Below the pieces are notes generated by a model. That model made no database searches and was not told the DNA's origin. It saw only the letters and a list, made by a program, of their open reading frames with translations. Positions 1 through 13,019 of a stretch of DNA of 64,000 bases are shown here, piece after piece. Each line of letters opens with the position of its first letter. The first letter of the stretch is position 1. A program made the position numbers and the translations under genes. Location: NCBI GenBank assembly GCA_002269645.1, contig NIVC01001937.1:156249-220248 (forward strand). Direction: 5' to 3'. This DNA comes from Macrostomum lignano. Its lineage: Eukaryota.

Positions 1-422
1 TTCCTCTATATAGTTACCGCAAATTCTGCTTTTGCATCCTTTTTCCTTTGTGCTTATATAAAGAACTGCTTCTATCGATCACACTTAATCACAGCGCAAT
101 GTCTGGTGAGCAGTGGCTCGTTCACAATGGCAGCTGTCACTGTGACGATTGCTGTGACTGCAATCACAGCGACAATGATCCCACTCGATTGAGCAGCTTC
201 CCGCTTACCCTGCAGTTTGACCTTTCTGTCAGTGCCAGTTGCCAGCCAGATGGCGCCAGTGACAGCGGGTCCCTGATTCTGTGGCCAGTGCTGCACAATG
301 TCTGCAGTCAAGTCGATGCGGATGATTCAGGGGGTAAGACTGTTGCTGCTTTCTGAAATTTCTTTGCAGTCTCACAGTACCTATGCAGCAGCCAGTTAAT
401 TCGGCTGATCTCAGCTCTCTCT

Positions 423-1262
423 GCTCAACTCGAACAAATCCCATTGCTCAACTCGGACAACTCCCATTGCTCAACTCGGACAAAGCCCATTGCTCAACTC
501 GGACAAATCCCATTGCTCAACTCAGACAAATCCCATTGCTCAACTCGGACAACTCCCATTGCTCAACTCAGACAAATCCCATTGCTCAGCTCGGACAACT
601 CCCATTGCTCAACTCAGACAAATCCCATTGCTCAACTCAGACAAATCCCATTGCTCAACTCAGACAAATCCCATTGCTCAACTCGGACAACTCCCATTGC
701 TCAACTCGGACAAATCCCATTGCTCAACTCGGACAAATCCCATTGCTCAACTCGGACAAAGCCCATTGCTCAACTCGGACAACTCCCATTGCTCAACTCA
801 GACAAATCCCATTGCTCAACTCAGACAAATCCCATTGCTCAACTCGGACAAATCCCATTGCTCAACTCGGACAACTCCCATTGCTCAACTCAGACAAATC
901 CCATTGCTCAACTCGGACAAATCCCATTGCTCAACTCGGACAAAGCCCATTGCTCAACTCGGACAAATCCCATTGCTCAACTCGGACAACTCCCATTGCT
1001 CAACTCGGACAACTCCCATTGCTCAACTCGGACAACTCCCATTGCTCAACTCGGACAACTCCCATTGCTCAACTCGGACAGATCCCATTGCTCAACTCAG
1101 ACAAATCCCATTGCTCAACTCGAACAAATCCCATTGCTCAACTCGGACAAAGCCCATTGCTCAATTCGGACAGATCCCATTGCTCAATTCGGACAGATCC
1201 CATTGCTCAACTCGGACAAATCCGATTGCTCAACTTGAACAAATCTCAATGCTCAACTCGGA
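423..1262. repeat. 23-bp minisatellite (unit ~CCCATTGCTCAACTCGGACAAAT)
   Basis: The unit is directly visible, and the three overlapping ORFs 383-1282, 444-1238 and 490-1278 share one 23-aa period, which means a 23-nt unit read through all frames. Confidence 0.97.
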
Positions 1263-1737
1263 TAGTTTTATTGATTAATTAGGTTGATCAAGCGGTTTGC
1301 TAAGTTCGAATCACACTCACAGCCCTCTAATCTAGATAATCCCGCAGACGGATTGTCAAACAGAGACTCAGCCGGCGAGCGGACTTCGGACCCGTTGCCA
1401 AAGCCGGAGATCAGCAGTCCCGACCAGTTGGACAGCCTGAGCCAAAGGCTGAAGCGACTGAAGCAGAGCTGGTGCCGGCCTGAAGCTACCGAACCAGGAG
1501 CGGGCCCTGAGGAGTTCAAGCGAGAGTGCACCATGGACCAGGCTACAGCGGAGACGCCCGCTTTGATTGGCCAAGTCAGAGAGGCAACCGCAAAACCGGA
1601 TAATCATTCACAACAACCAACTGCTTGCGGAGGCTCGTCTGCTGCTGTACTTACGCCATCTAGAAGAGTTCAAGCACATGGGCGAGGTTTGTTTCGCTTA
1701 GTTTGTGTCTTTGCTCACATGGGGTTATTTTAGCAGG

Positions 1738-1798
1738 CAACAACAGCAATAACAACAACAACAACAACAACAACAGCAACAACAACAATAACAACAAC
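1738..1798. repeat. (CAA)n microsatellite
   Basis: Run of caacaacaa with occasional cag/taa variants. Confidence 0.9.
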
Positions 1799-2199
1799 AC
1801 GAGTGCAGACCGGCTCCTACAAGCTGTCGCTGTCGCTGCCGAGTGCTAGGACGACCTCATTCTTAATCTCCAAGTTCCGGCTCTAAAGTTTAAATTTCTG
1901 CTGGGTCCCGCCGACTGCGGCCTTGCTGGTATTGAGGCAGAGAAACCGAGTGGCGGCCAAGGCCGCTGCAAATAACCAGAGCCAGACCGGTCTAACTGGA
2001 AGTAGTCAAGGCCTTGGCCCGCCGCTGCAGATACGCCTTGGACGCCTCCACCACGGGCCCAACTTGGCCGCCGCCGAACAACCTACCAAGACGTAGACGT
2101 TACCAGGTGCTCTTTAACCAGCTCAGCGCGGGGCCCAGCACTCAGTCCCGCGGCTGGGGATCGACGCCCCCCCCCTCTGCCCAGACTGAGGCATTGGAG

Positions 2200-2720
2200 G
2201 AAACCCCTCGATCACCTTGTCTTTGTCGCGTCAGACGACCTTCACCAAGACCTTGATGGAGTGTATGGCCGTGCCTATCAGGCTGCTCCGCAGTCTGGGG
2301 CGCATTTTGCCCCTGGCCCTATCAGCCGCGCCTTGAATATGAGGAGGAAGAAGATTATGATGCTGTGTCCTGCCAGCTGGAGTCCCCAACGGGTCATGTA
2401 ACAAGTCGCTTAAACGGGCCAGGCCGGTGTGGCAATACAGTGCCGCGTTGGTGATTCACTCGTCACCGATCTTGAAAGCGTATGTGCACCGCGTCAACTT
2501 GCTGTTCTATTGAATCTGCCAGCGTCCAGGTTTCGGTGTTGTAACACAGGATACCTCGACCACCAGCCCCTTACAGAACCAAAGGTGGCCCAGAAAAACC
2601 CACGGTACCGCCGCAGCTCGCTGCAGGACGTTGGGAATCAGACTGCCAAAGTAAACGAACTGTTGACATTGTGGAAGTGCCATCGCCTGTCCGTCAGCGC
2701 CATGGCGCAAAATTTGGGAG
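2200..2720 (-). mobile_element. Degraded RTE-like non-LTR retrotransposon fragment (RT C-terminal region)
   Basis: The minus strand gives ALPQCQQFVYFGSLI (compare the F-x-YLGS motif after the RT core) and, further downstream in another frame, GLQLAGH (compare RRLQLAGH of RTE-clade ORF2). Stops and frameshifts are present. Motif recognition only. Confidence 0.5.
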
Positions 2721-4481
2721 TCAGGACTGCCGCAACTCAAGGCGACAGTCGACCAACAGCCGGCGCACAGCACACCACATGGATGCACACAGACGTGTCG
2801 GAAGGGGGGCCTCTCAATTGAAAGGGTGCACTTAGTAAACCTAAAAGTCACTTGCAAGCATGCAGCGGGCCAGTTTGGGCAAGAGTTCTTTAATTCCTAT
2901 TACTGACCGCAATATTTTAGCGCCTTTTTATCGCGACGCAGACAATATTTTGGAGCGCTTTGCGAGCGTATGAGAGATTTTAATTATTGCTACTTTGGTG
3001 TTGTCAACAGGATGTTTATTATTTACAGCTTGTGGTCTTTGACCACTTCGACCTCCCGCAGATGGGTCTCCATTGGAGTTAAGCATTGAGACTTAGCAGA
3101 CTCAAAACTTTCATCTCAGTGCCAGAGTGGGCAGCTCAGCTACCCTTATACCCTTCCCATCCGCGGTCCCTGCTTGCAAGATACCGAGTGCACCGTTTCA
3201 AAAATCGATCAAATGTGGGGGCTTCAGCCCCCCCCCCTCCCATGCCCCCATGCCCCCACGGTTCCGACACCTACGGATTACGTATGACGCACATCAGCAC
3301 ATTTACATGTACACACATGTATTATGGGGATAATGTGGAGCCTTTTTCGCCTTCCGGCCGTACTTTGATTATTGGCTCATCATTTGATTGGTTCAATTTC
3401 CTCATAGGCGTGATCACTATTATAGCTCCAAGCAATGCAATTTTCCGCGCTCTAACGGCCAAATTAATTAATTTAATTGTACAGCAAATTTTCCAACAAA
3501 ACCAATGGAAAGCCGTTAAAATTTTGATCTCGCTCGGATTTACTGTAGTACTCAGTTAGCCCCATGATTAATATCAATTATTTCGCAGACTCGTCACGCC
3601 GCAAAGCTTCGGGCAAGACCGGCCTGGCCAAACTGGTTCGTCAGCTCGAGCGAACTGCTGGTAGAGTTCAACAGAAGCAGGGATAAATTCTATGCGATAG
3701 AGTAAAAAATGAAACTAGTCAAAGTCACGACTAAATCGTTTTGAGATTCGAGTGCATCATTTTGAACTGGTTTGTACTTCTCGCTGCTGCGCTTGCTCAT
3801 ATTGTGCGCCCTTGCGTATCCTGTGCTTTAATTTTAAACGTACAATGTATCGCATGTGGATTTTTCACAATAGAATGCAGTATATGTGCTTGCAATAATT
3901 TTACTACATGTGTGTAACTAATTGCAGCTACTATTGCATGTACTGTGCAGGTATTGGCTTATGTTTTTTTGATCGAACGAAGAGCAATGTTACATTTAAA
4001 TATACATGTACTGTTTCAAAGCAACAGCTGCATGCATGTATACTTTATTAAGCGCTACTATATGGATCTTTACTAGGCATAGTGAAAATTATTGTATTAT
4101 TGTTTTAGCAGAAAACTACATGTACATGTTACATGTATTATCCAAGCCATGCTCCCATATACATGTACATGTAGACCGAAAGTTAAGTCACAATCACAAA
4201 TGAACTTTGTTCCTTTCAGGGTAGTAAAAATTTATCGTTGCTTCATAAATCAGTACTCTTATGATTTTTGGCTTCGTCCCTTGGTGAGTGGATGAATTGA
4301 TGTATTGGAATGAAAAAGTTCTAGACCGCGTGTAAATGCAATAACTTTAGCTACGTAAAGACGAGCATTAACTAATAATGAAAAAAATTCATGAAGTAAG
4401 TTTTTTAGAATTTTCCTTAAAAATAATATGACGTGTATAGTAATTTTGTTTATATATTTTACTGGCTTTAACTTTGACAAG

Positions 4482-5954
4482 GGGCCTTTTCATATTACCA
4501 ATTCCAGAACCAGAATCGGTTCGGAATTCAAAGAAAAACAGCAGTATAACTATTAAACTCTGTTAATATTTGACTGCCTTAACAACCTAACTTAGCGAGA
4601 TTAATGCGAGATTACACCCAACTTTTTTTCTCAAGAACCATGTAAAATGTGTGGAGCGCGAAATGGTTCTGACATTCTACACTACTTGACCGAATGTCCA
4701 CAAACTGAAGAGATCAGGAAAAAATACTTCTGTCAATACCTCTTAAATAGCAATCAAATACACAAGATAGGATATGCTACAAATGAAAAAAGAGTCAGAA
4801 AAGAACTCACTGGTGTAGCTAAAATATATGAAGTCATGAATAGCTAAAACAGTTAAACAAACTGAATCAGATACATTAGCAGTGTAACAAATCCGCTTTT
4901 CAGTTGTTTATTCATTTACTGTCTTTTTTAATTCCCTATTTAAATCGTCGTTATTTGTTAAACGTAAAGTTCTTTCGAAGTATTGTTTATGTTCGTTTTT
5001 TCACGCTTTGAAATATCACGCGCTTTCAAAAATACTACATCTTTTTTTTACAAACTCGCTTACCAAAGTAATCTCGCAATTAAAGCTATACCTCGTAATT
5101 TGTACTCATTTTTGTATTAATATTTATACTCGTTGTTAGTTGTTAGTCGTCACTTTTCGTCCAAAAATACCGTAAAAATTCTGGCGCGCTTTCAAATACT
5201 TTATCTGTAAAATAATGAATTGCCGATACTAACACTTGAACTTTCAGCCGTCGAGAGTGCCAAGTCAGAGCGCGAACTCTTATTAACAATCGATGATTTA
5301 TATTTATATTGGTTACTTATCAGTCATTAAAACAAAATTTTCATTATAAAATTATCTTGCAAAATAACATAAATTACATACAGTAAAAAGTACAGTGAGA
5401 TAAATACAATATAAATACTATAATACCAATACAACCTGATAAGAGTAAATACGAAATTATTTACTTTTAAATTACATACGCAGATATGTTACATATCTTT
5501 TACAATAACTCTAACTCTTACTACTACTAACTCGCGGCAAATCGTCTTTATAAACTTCTATTTCGAAAACTTTTCCAAATACATAGCTCTATAATATATT
5601 GGCCAAACAGGCTAATTGCCTGAGCCAAATTCTCTTACTACTACTACTACTTAACTCTAACTCTTACTACTACTAACTCGCGGCAAATCGTCTTTATAAA
5701 CTTCTATTTCGAAAACTTTTCCAAATACATAGCTCTATAATATATTGGCCAAACAGGCTAATTGCCTGAGCCAAATTCTCTTACTACTACTTCTCTCTTA
5801 CTACTTAGCACAATTTTTCACTTTCTTCTTGGCGATTGTCATTCAATAATAAAAACTTTATAGCACGTATCTCCCTCTAGTGATGGAGACAAAAAGTTAT
5901 ACTTCACAAATTGGTTCTGGTTCTGGAACCAGAGCAAGCAATATGAAAAGGCCC
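4482..5954. mobile_element. Non-autonomous PIF/Harbinger-like DNA transposon, 1473 bp
   Basis: Perfect 15-bp TIR GGGCCTTTTCATATT (4482-4496, and its reverse complement ending at 5954), shared subterminal TTCCAGAACCAGAA, and a 3-bp TSD AAG (4479-4481 and 5955-5957). No transposase inside. Confidence 0.75.
4630..4847 (+). mobile_element. 3' fragment of a non-LTR retrotransposon ORF2 (CCHC knuckle) inside the Harbinger-like element
   Basis: PCKMCGARNGSDILHYLTECP fits the C-x2-C-x8-H-x4-C C-terminal knuckle typical of LINE ORF2, followed by a stop. Confidence 0.45.
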
Positions 5955-8804
5955 AAGGAGTTGTATTTTGAATCTTTTTAAATTTGCAGTTTGTATTTAC
6001 AGTAGACCAGTAGGCCTACAGTACAGGCCTGCAGGCTTGCTGCCTTGCTCCTCATTTTGAGTCAAGACCTTGTAAATGACTACTCGAGTAGGACAGGAAA
6101 CTACGTTTATTTGAATATTTTGGGAGGCCGGTTTTACAAAAAAATACATTACAGAGATAGGAGGTCTTCGTATATTTTTTTACAAAAATTGCTATTGCTT
6201 TTGATCTTGTCATTTTTTTATGTTTTGCGTTTCTTATAGTATAATACTATTGATACGAGTATTCATAAAGCTTTTCATTTACACAATTAGGATTCTATGT
6301 TAATTTTACACTAAATTGAAGTTTAAGTTACAATAAACTTATTAATATTCAAAATGCTTTAGCCTTTAGGCCCTATTCCAAGTCAAAAAAGAAACAAGGC
6401 CAAGCAATTGCCAATTGGTGAGACACTGAGGCTATTCTATTTTTGGACAATTTCTTTTTGCCTTTTGAAAAAAATGATGTAGCCTATAGGCAGGGGCAGC
6501 GGAGCCTAATATTTTAGGGGGGCACCAGGCACAAGGCAAAGGGGGGCATAGGTACCTTTATAAGTTGCTAATTAGGGCCTAAAATCAGAAAAAGCATTAA
6601 AAATTACCATGTAAACTCATTTTCTGGGGGGGGTATATGCCCCTAGTGCCACAAGCTCTTGCTGCCCTTTTTTATTAGAGGCAGGGGGTTGCCCATGGTT
6701 CGGATCGTGTAGTAGTGTACGCCGGAACAAGAATCCTATCTCAGCTAAATGTATGCTAGTGTACGCCAAAAACAAAAAAATTCTCTAAAATGTACACCAA
6801 AATTTCTCCTAAAAAAGGTCATTCAGTTTTCATGAGTAGAGTTTTCTAAGAAATGTTTTTTGTATGAAAATTCTTTCAAATATTATAAATATTTTCATTT
6901 TAAACGAACTTAAATTAAACCTACAGAAAAAAGAATGCAAAATTTACATTCTTAGCAATAATTTACACAAGTTTTATTCATTGTTAATTGTAAAAAAGCA
7001 AAAAGTTTATCACTGACTTTCTAGACTATATAAATTTTCCTTCATTTTATGTAAAAACTAGAAAGGGTTAATTTACATTACAATTTTTTTACACGCATCA
7101 ATTTATTCACCAAAATTGGTACGCCAAAAATTTCTCAAGCTCAAAGTAGTATGCCAAAGTGATATGCCAAAATAGCCAAACTTCTCAATGGTACGCCAGA
7201 AAATTCCGGCTTACATGTAACCTTCCTGAGTGTGGGGTTGTGTCCTTGGTGCACTTTAAGCAACATAGTCATAGGCATACAACTGCACAATTCTAGTGCT
7301 TACATTGATAAATCTTGTTTGCCTGAGTAAAAAAGAGTCTTTATTTTAAAAAGGCAGACAAAAAAGATGATATCATATTTTTGAGATATTTTAAACTCAA
7401 GATCCATTTTCAATATATCCTTTTGCCTAGAAAATTCTAGCATACAAGTCTTCTTATCTTAGGCCAATACCTTATGTAGAGTCAAACTAAGATTTCAATC
7501 TCAATCTTAAAAGTTTTTTTGTTTGCTAGTATATTAATGGCTTTTTCAATTAAAGTATATTAACATTATATTCTATAAAGCAGATTCAAATACAAGTTTA
7601 ACTAGTATTTTTTAAACTAAAAATGTAGGTTTTTGTGTTTTGTATTTTTTACAAAGAAGGTTGCACACAGTGTAATTAAACTATTTTAATATGATTTATT
7701 CTAGGCATGCAATGATCCTGACAATGGCTCACCTAATAGGCCATTACCGACCTTTAACCTTTTATATGTGCCTTATATACCTTATTTATATTTTTTAAAA
7801 TATTTTTTATATTTATTTTTATATACCTTACAGTACAATTGCATACAATGGCACAAGCAAAACCATAGTTAGTAGTTTACTTTTGCATATTGCTACATAT
7901 ATGTCAATTATGTGAAAGTACATTTGAGACTTTTGTTTTGTACTATTATCTACTAGAGCCTAACTGGGATCCCAGTCCTGATCCTAACTTGGTTGGGACC
8001 TAGGTATTTTTTCTGATTCCTGACCATATTGGGAATAAATGTTGGGAATTGGGAAAAGTTGAGTAGGATTAATAAAAAGTGTTTACAATTTTAAGTATAC
8101 TATAAAAATTGTTTAGAAGCAATTTTGAAAGGACTAAATGAAATAAGTATGCTAAATTGATTTGTTTATTTAGTTTGAGGTTATTCTGATTTCTTAGAAT
8201 ATGTCCACTTAAATGAATCAATTAACTTACTCAAACAAAAGTAATTGAAAAGCAAGATTTTGTGCTAAAAGTGTTGTTTGAGAATCTCTAGTTATTGGAA
8301 ATATGAACAAAAAAATATAAAGTTTAATGCAAAAAAATATAATACTAATCAAAAAGCAAGGTTGAGGTTTGAAATTCACTAATTACCAAATTTTCATTCT
8401 ACTTGACTACTCAACAAAACTCAACTTGAATACTCAGCTCAAACCCCAAAGTTTGGTCAAATACTTGACTTGACCAAAACCTGAGTTTGTCTAGGCTCTA
8501 CACTCTAGTGGTACTAACTTATACTAAACTACAAGTTAGGCTAATAGAATATAGTAGTAGTAAGTAACTAGCAATCTAGTGCAGCCTCCTTTGGGGTGCC
8601 CAATAAGCAAAGAGCAAAAATAGTTCATGGAAAACAATTAAAACAGCATATTTTCTTAAAAACCTGTCATTGTCATCATTGTCACGGACAATGATATTTG
8701 TAATGAATCTCTTTTTTTCCAAAATTAAGAAGCAGACAACAAAATATAGCTTTCACAAAGATAATAGACAATCCTTCTAAATAGAAAATATTCCTAAGAC
8801 AGCA

Positions 8805-9185
8805 AGCATCCCTCTAGATAGCAAGCACCTGCAGATAGCAAGCATTCTAATACTTGTAGCAAGCATCCACCTAGATTGCAAGCATCTGAAGATAGCAAGC
8901 ATCCTGCAAATAGCAAGCATCCCCCAGATATTATTGAAGCATCCACCCAGATAGCAAGCATCCACCCAGATAGCAAGCATCCCCAGATATTGTTGAAGCA
9001 TCCACCCAGATAGCAAGCATCCTGCAGATAGCAAGAATCCCTAAATAGCAAGCATCCTTGGATAGAAAGAATCCCATACATGTAGCCAGTACCCCCCCTC
9101 TTCCAAATAGCAAATACCCCTCTCAAGAGCAAGCATCCCCCCAGATAGCAAGCATCCCCCTAGATAGCAAGCATCCACCAGACAG
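8805..9185. repeat. Degenerate ~20-bp tandem repeat (core AGATAGCAAGCATCC)
   Basis: Core repeated many times; explains ORFs 8777-9132. Confidence 0.9.
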
Positions 9186-9409
9186 CATGTAGCTAGTGCT
9201 CTGCTAATGCAATAATTGCCTTCTCAGGTTGTGCAACAATCCACTTCTCAGCTGGCACAATAATCTCTTTTTTAGACAGCACAATAACCAGCTTCTCAGC
9301 TAGTTAAGTAATCATTTTCTCATCTAGTGCAATAATCCTTTACTCATCAAGTCAAAAAATCTGTCTCAGTTAGTGTAATAGCCCTTTCTAATCTAGTGCA
9401 ATAATCCTT

Positions 9410-9600
9410 GGCTTAGCAAGTGCAATAATCCTTGGTTTATCAAGTGCAATAATCTTTGGTTTATCAAGTGCAGTAATCCTTGGGTTATCAAGTGCAATAA
9501 TCCTTTATTTATCAAGTGCAGTAATTCTTGGTTTATCAAGTGCAGTAATCATTGGTCTATCAAGTGCAATAACCCTTGGTTTATCAAGTGCAGTAATCCA
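9410..9600. repeat. 24-bp tandem repeat (TCAAGTGCA(A/G)TAATCCTTGGTTTA)
   Basis: About 8 visible units with 24-nt spacing. Confidence 0.85.
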
Positions 9601-11494
9601 GGTCTTTTTAATTAGTCTTTTAATAAAAGCTTTCAATAAAAAAATTACACTACTTTTATTACACTACTAAGATTCAATCCCTGGTCGCTGCATTAGCAGT
9701 CTAATCTGTTCACCTCTAGGCTAGCTCTCATCGAAGTTATAAGTGAATTTGTAGCACTTATAATTCAACACTCATACCAATTCAGTTAGAGTAAAAGTCA
9801 CACAAAGCAGTTATGATATAATCAATTTCTTAGGCAAGTCAATACCCATCTCTAATAAAGTTACCACACTGTGTTTTCAACACTGTGACACAATTCAATT
9901 CAATGTCAAAATTTAGCCAGTTCACAGACGATAAAATAAAAAGCCTATTGTGATGCAATCTATTTCAGAATCAGAATTCAACCAGTCAGTTTTTTCTCTA
10001 GCATTCTTACAATGCATTTTAAGTCAAAAGAGCTGCTTGACCTTTGCAAAAAAGCATGTTTTTTGAATATTAAATCACTTTAGCATCAAGCAATTTCTTA
10101 GCTACAATGCATTTACTGTCATGGAAAAGTTTCTGATCAAACAGTGCTAGTTCAAAAAAATCAGTTGGGCCATTTTTTCTCTAATTGATCACATAGATAG
10201 ATACCTACCAACAAACCATTTTTAGTATATTGGAGGATATCACTTGACTACTAATACTAATCTATACATGTGCCTATATATTATAATAAATGTATCCTTA
10301 GCCATCTTTTACCTAAATAAGCCTAGATGCCAATGGTAGACATTGATCCCAATCCTGACCAATCCCAAGTCCCAACTTTTATGAATTCAATCTCACTTGA
10401 TCCTACCTGACCAGATTTTTCCTATCCTGGTTTTCCTATTATCTACTTATTTATAATATAGGCTAATTTTACATATAACTTATCATGAGTACTATTCCTT
10501 CTGTACAAATTTACAATTGCAGCCACATCTCCAATTCTTGATCAACTTATTCTCATTTCTTCTTATTCTTATCCCATTTTTTTAATAAAATTCTTGCTTA
10601 ATCTTACTTGAAAATAAAATTCTGACCTTGGTCAGACTCTAACCTCATATATAATGCAGTTGCCAAGGTCTAGATTGTGTAATAGCCTAGTATATGCTGG
10701 AACAAGAATCCTATCTTTGCTCAAATCTAAGCCCTAATGATATTTTATTAGGTAAATTATATAAATTGTTAGGCCTAATATTAATAATATTATGCTATTA
10801 ATTTAATTTTTTTTTATTTTGTGCATACTCAGGGGGGTTGTGATTGAGGGGTGGCTTGGGTAGAGCAGTCTTTGCACCCATCCTCCTGATTGCACTATGG
10901 GTTGGCATTGTATTAGTCCATAGGTTTGGGTTAGTAGCATCCAATAAGGCTTGCTAACTAGGCCTTGAGTCCTAGTCCCAATCTGGGCCTCTTGGGCTTT
11001 GGCCCCTGGTAATATGGCCCCCAAAATATCCAGCAGCAAAGCCCTTCTCTGGGCTAATCTGCAGGTTGTCCATGCTTCCCACCTTATTTAACAACAACAA
11101 AGTTTAAAAGATTAAAGCTATATAAATTATAATAAGTTGAACTTGAATACAATTTAATTAATGAAAAAGCCTTTTTTGTGTATCATATCACTCCTTCAAG
11201 CTGCTATATTTTATATTGTTTTATAAAAAGTGATTAAAACAGATATAACCCTGATATTAAAAGTTTGGTATCTATTACAAGCATAATGAATATAGAAAAA
11301 ACTAATTTATATTAGTAATCAATTGATGTCCATGCATTAAGAAATAGTATATTGCTTTTCATTTCTTTTATTATTCTGTTATTTACTTGCAAAAAATTTT
11401 TGCTCAGTAAAAATGAATAATTCATGAATGCAAACTTACATGCATGAATAGTTTTCTTCAAATCTAATAAATACCAAATTTACCAAGCCTAACC

Positions 11495-12123
11495 ATGTCC
11501 AAAGTTTTCTTCGACATTACTGCTGATGGTGCGCCTTTGGGCAGGATTGAGTTCAAACTGTATGATGACCTTGTCCCAAAGACAGCTGCGAACTTCAGGT
11601 GCCTTTGCACTGGCGAGAAAGGCATGGGCAGTAAGTGTGATTTATATTGCTGTTTACTCCTGACAAGTTTTTTACTTCAAACTTACAAGTTCAAATGTGT
11701 CAAGATTAGCCATATTATTACTCCTTGACAGTTCACGCGATATTTTAGCTGCTTCCAAATATGCATGCGCATGGAATAACAAAAATTGAAAAAAACAAGT
11801 CTGTACTTGACTTTACTGCAAACTTGTGGCTGCTTCAATCATCGCGGCAGAGTACATTGTTATTTTGATGTTTATTTAGAATGTTAAGATTGACACTGGA
11901 AGAATTCATCTGCCTCACCTTTTCAGAGAGCGGCAAGCCGCTGCACTACAAGGGAAGCGGCTTCCACCGCATCATTCCCCAGTTCATGTGCCAGGGCGGT
12001 GACTTCACCCGCGGCAACGGCACCGGCGGCGAGTCCATCTACGGCGAGAAGTTCGAGGACGAGAAATTCGCCAGGAAGCACGAGAAGCCCTTCCTGCTGT
12101 CTATGGCCAATGCCGGCCCGAAC

Positions 12124-12155
<32 letters not shown>

Positions 12156-12300
12156 GAGCACTCCGTGGCTCGATGGCAAGCACGTTGTATTCGGCGAGGT
12201 GATCTCTGGCGACGATGTGGTGAAGAAGATGGAGGCTCTCGGCAGCCAGAGCGGCAAGCCGTCCAAGACGGTGGTGATCGCCGACTGTGGCACCTGCTAA
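11495..12300 (+). CDS. PPIA: Cyclophilin-type PPIase, divergent-loop class, copy 1 (169 aa; exons 11495-11630, 11927-12300)
   Basis: GT-AG phase-1 intron joins MSKVFFDIT...TGEKGMG to [27 protein letters not shown]...[17 protein letters not shown]...[11 protein letters not shown]; the frame is open and has all canonical cyclophilin motifs. The symbol indicates the family, not proven orthology. Confidence 0.96.
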
Positions 12301-13019
12301 GCGGCTGTTTTTTTTAAATGGGCCTCTTTAATCGAGTTACCTTAATAATGTGTTGTGGCAGTGTTTTTGCTACCAGTTTTAAATTAACAGCTTACTACTT
12401 AGACTTACAGCTCTTGTCTAACTATTATAACTGAGCCCTATTAAATCAGTTGGTTCGGCCAACTCGCCAGATATTCTCGCAGTGCAGTTGCGCTTTCTAG
12501 TTAATCCCAGTGTTTTCGTTTTTTTATTATTCAACTGTTATATTTCACAGCTTATACTCTTTGTTTTAATTAATCAGTCACATTGGTCTTTGTTTAGTTG
12601 CACAGCCCAGCTTGAGCACAATTTTTTGTTAAGCCTCCTGTTTTCAACTCTATCAGTCAATCTACTATGGTTAAAATTATTGCTTATCCTCCCAACGTTA
12701 ATCCTCTCTGTGGGCCTAGGAGTTTACTATCCGAATACGCTCTACTTGTCTGTCTTAGTAGTTTCCCCGTGTGAACTGTTTACAGTTAGTTTCCGGTGTG
12801 TTCTATTGAGCAAATATTTTACTATTAGAAACGCAATCGACCGCTTCTCCCTGCATCTCACAGAATTTTTCTGTCAAGCAATAAATAAATATTTTTCTGT
12901 GTACTTTTAGTAAAGCACCAAGTCAACACAAATATAAATCAGCGCAAGACTAGACAACATCTTTGCTGCTTTTTATTCATCTGTGCACACTTGTGCGGTG
13001 AAGCTTTCTTTGTACGCTT

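Noticed and set aside
48-1733. Possible + strand gene (ORF 48-356, donor at 334, repeat-filled intron, acceptor at 1282, ORF 1284-1733)
   Set aside because: The phases do not match (the join gives an immediate stop) and no domain is recognisable. One or both pieces could still be exons of a gene starting outside the window.
6490-7230. Two possible hAT-like MITEs (CAGGGG-type ends)
   Set aside because: TIR matches are poor and no TSD could be found.
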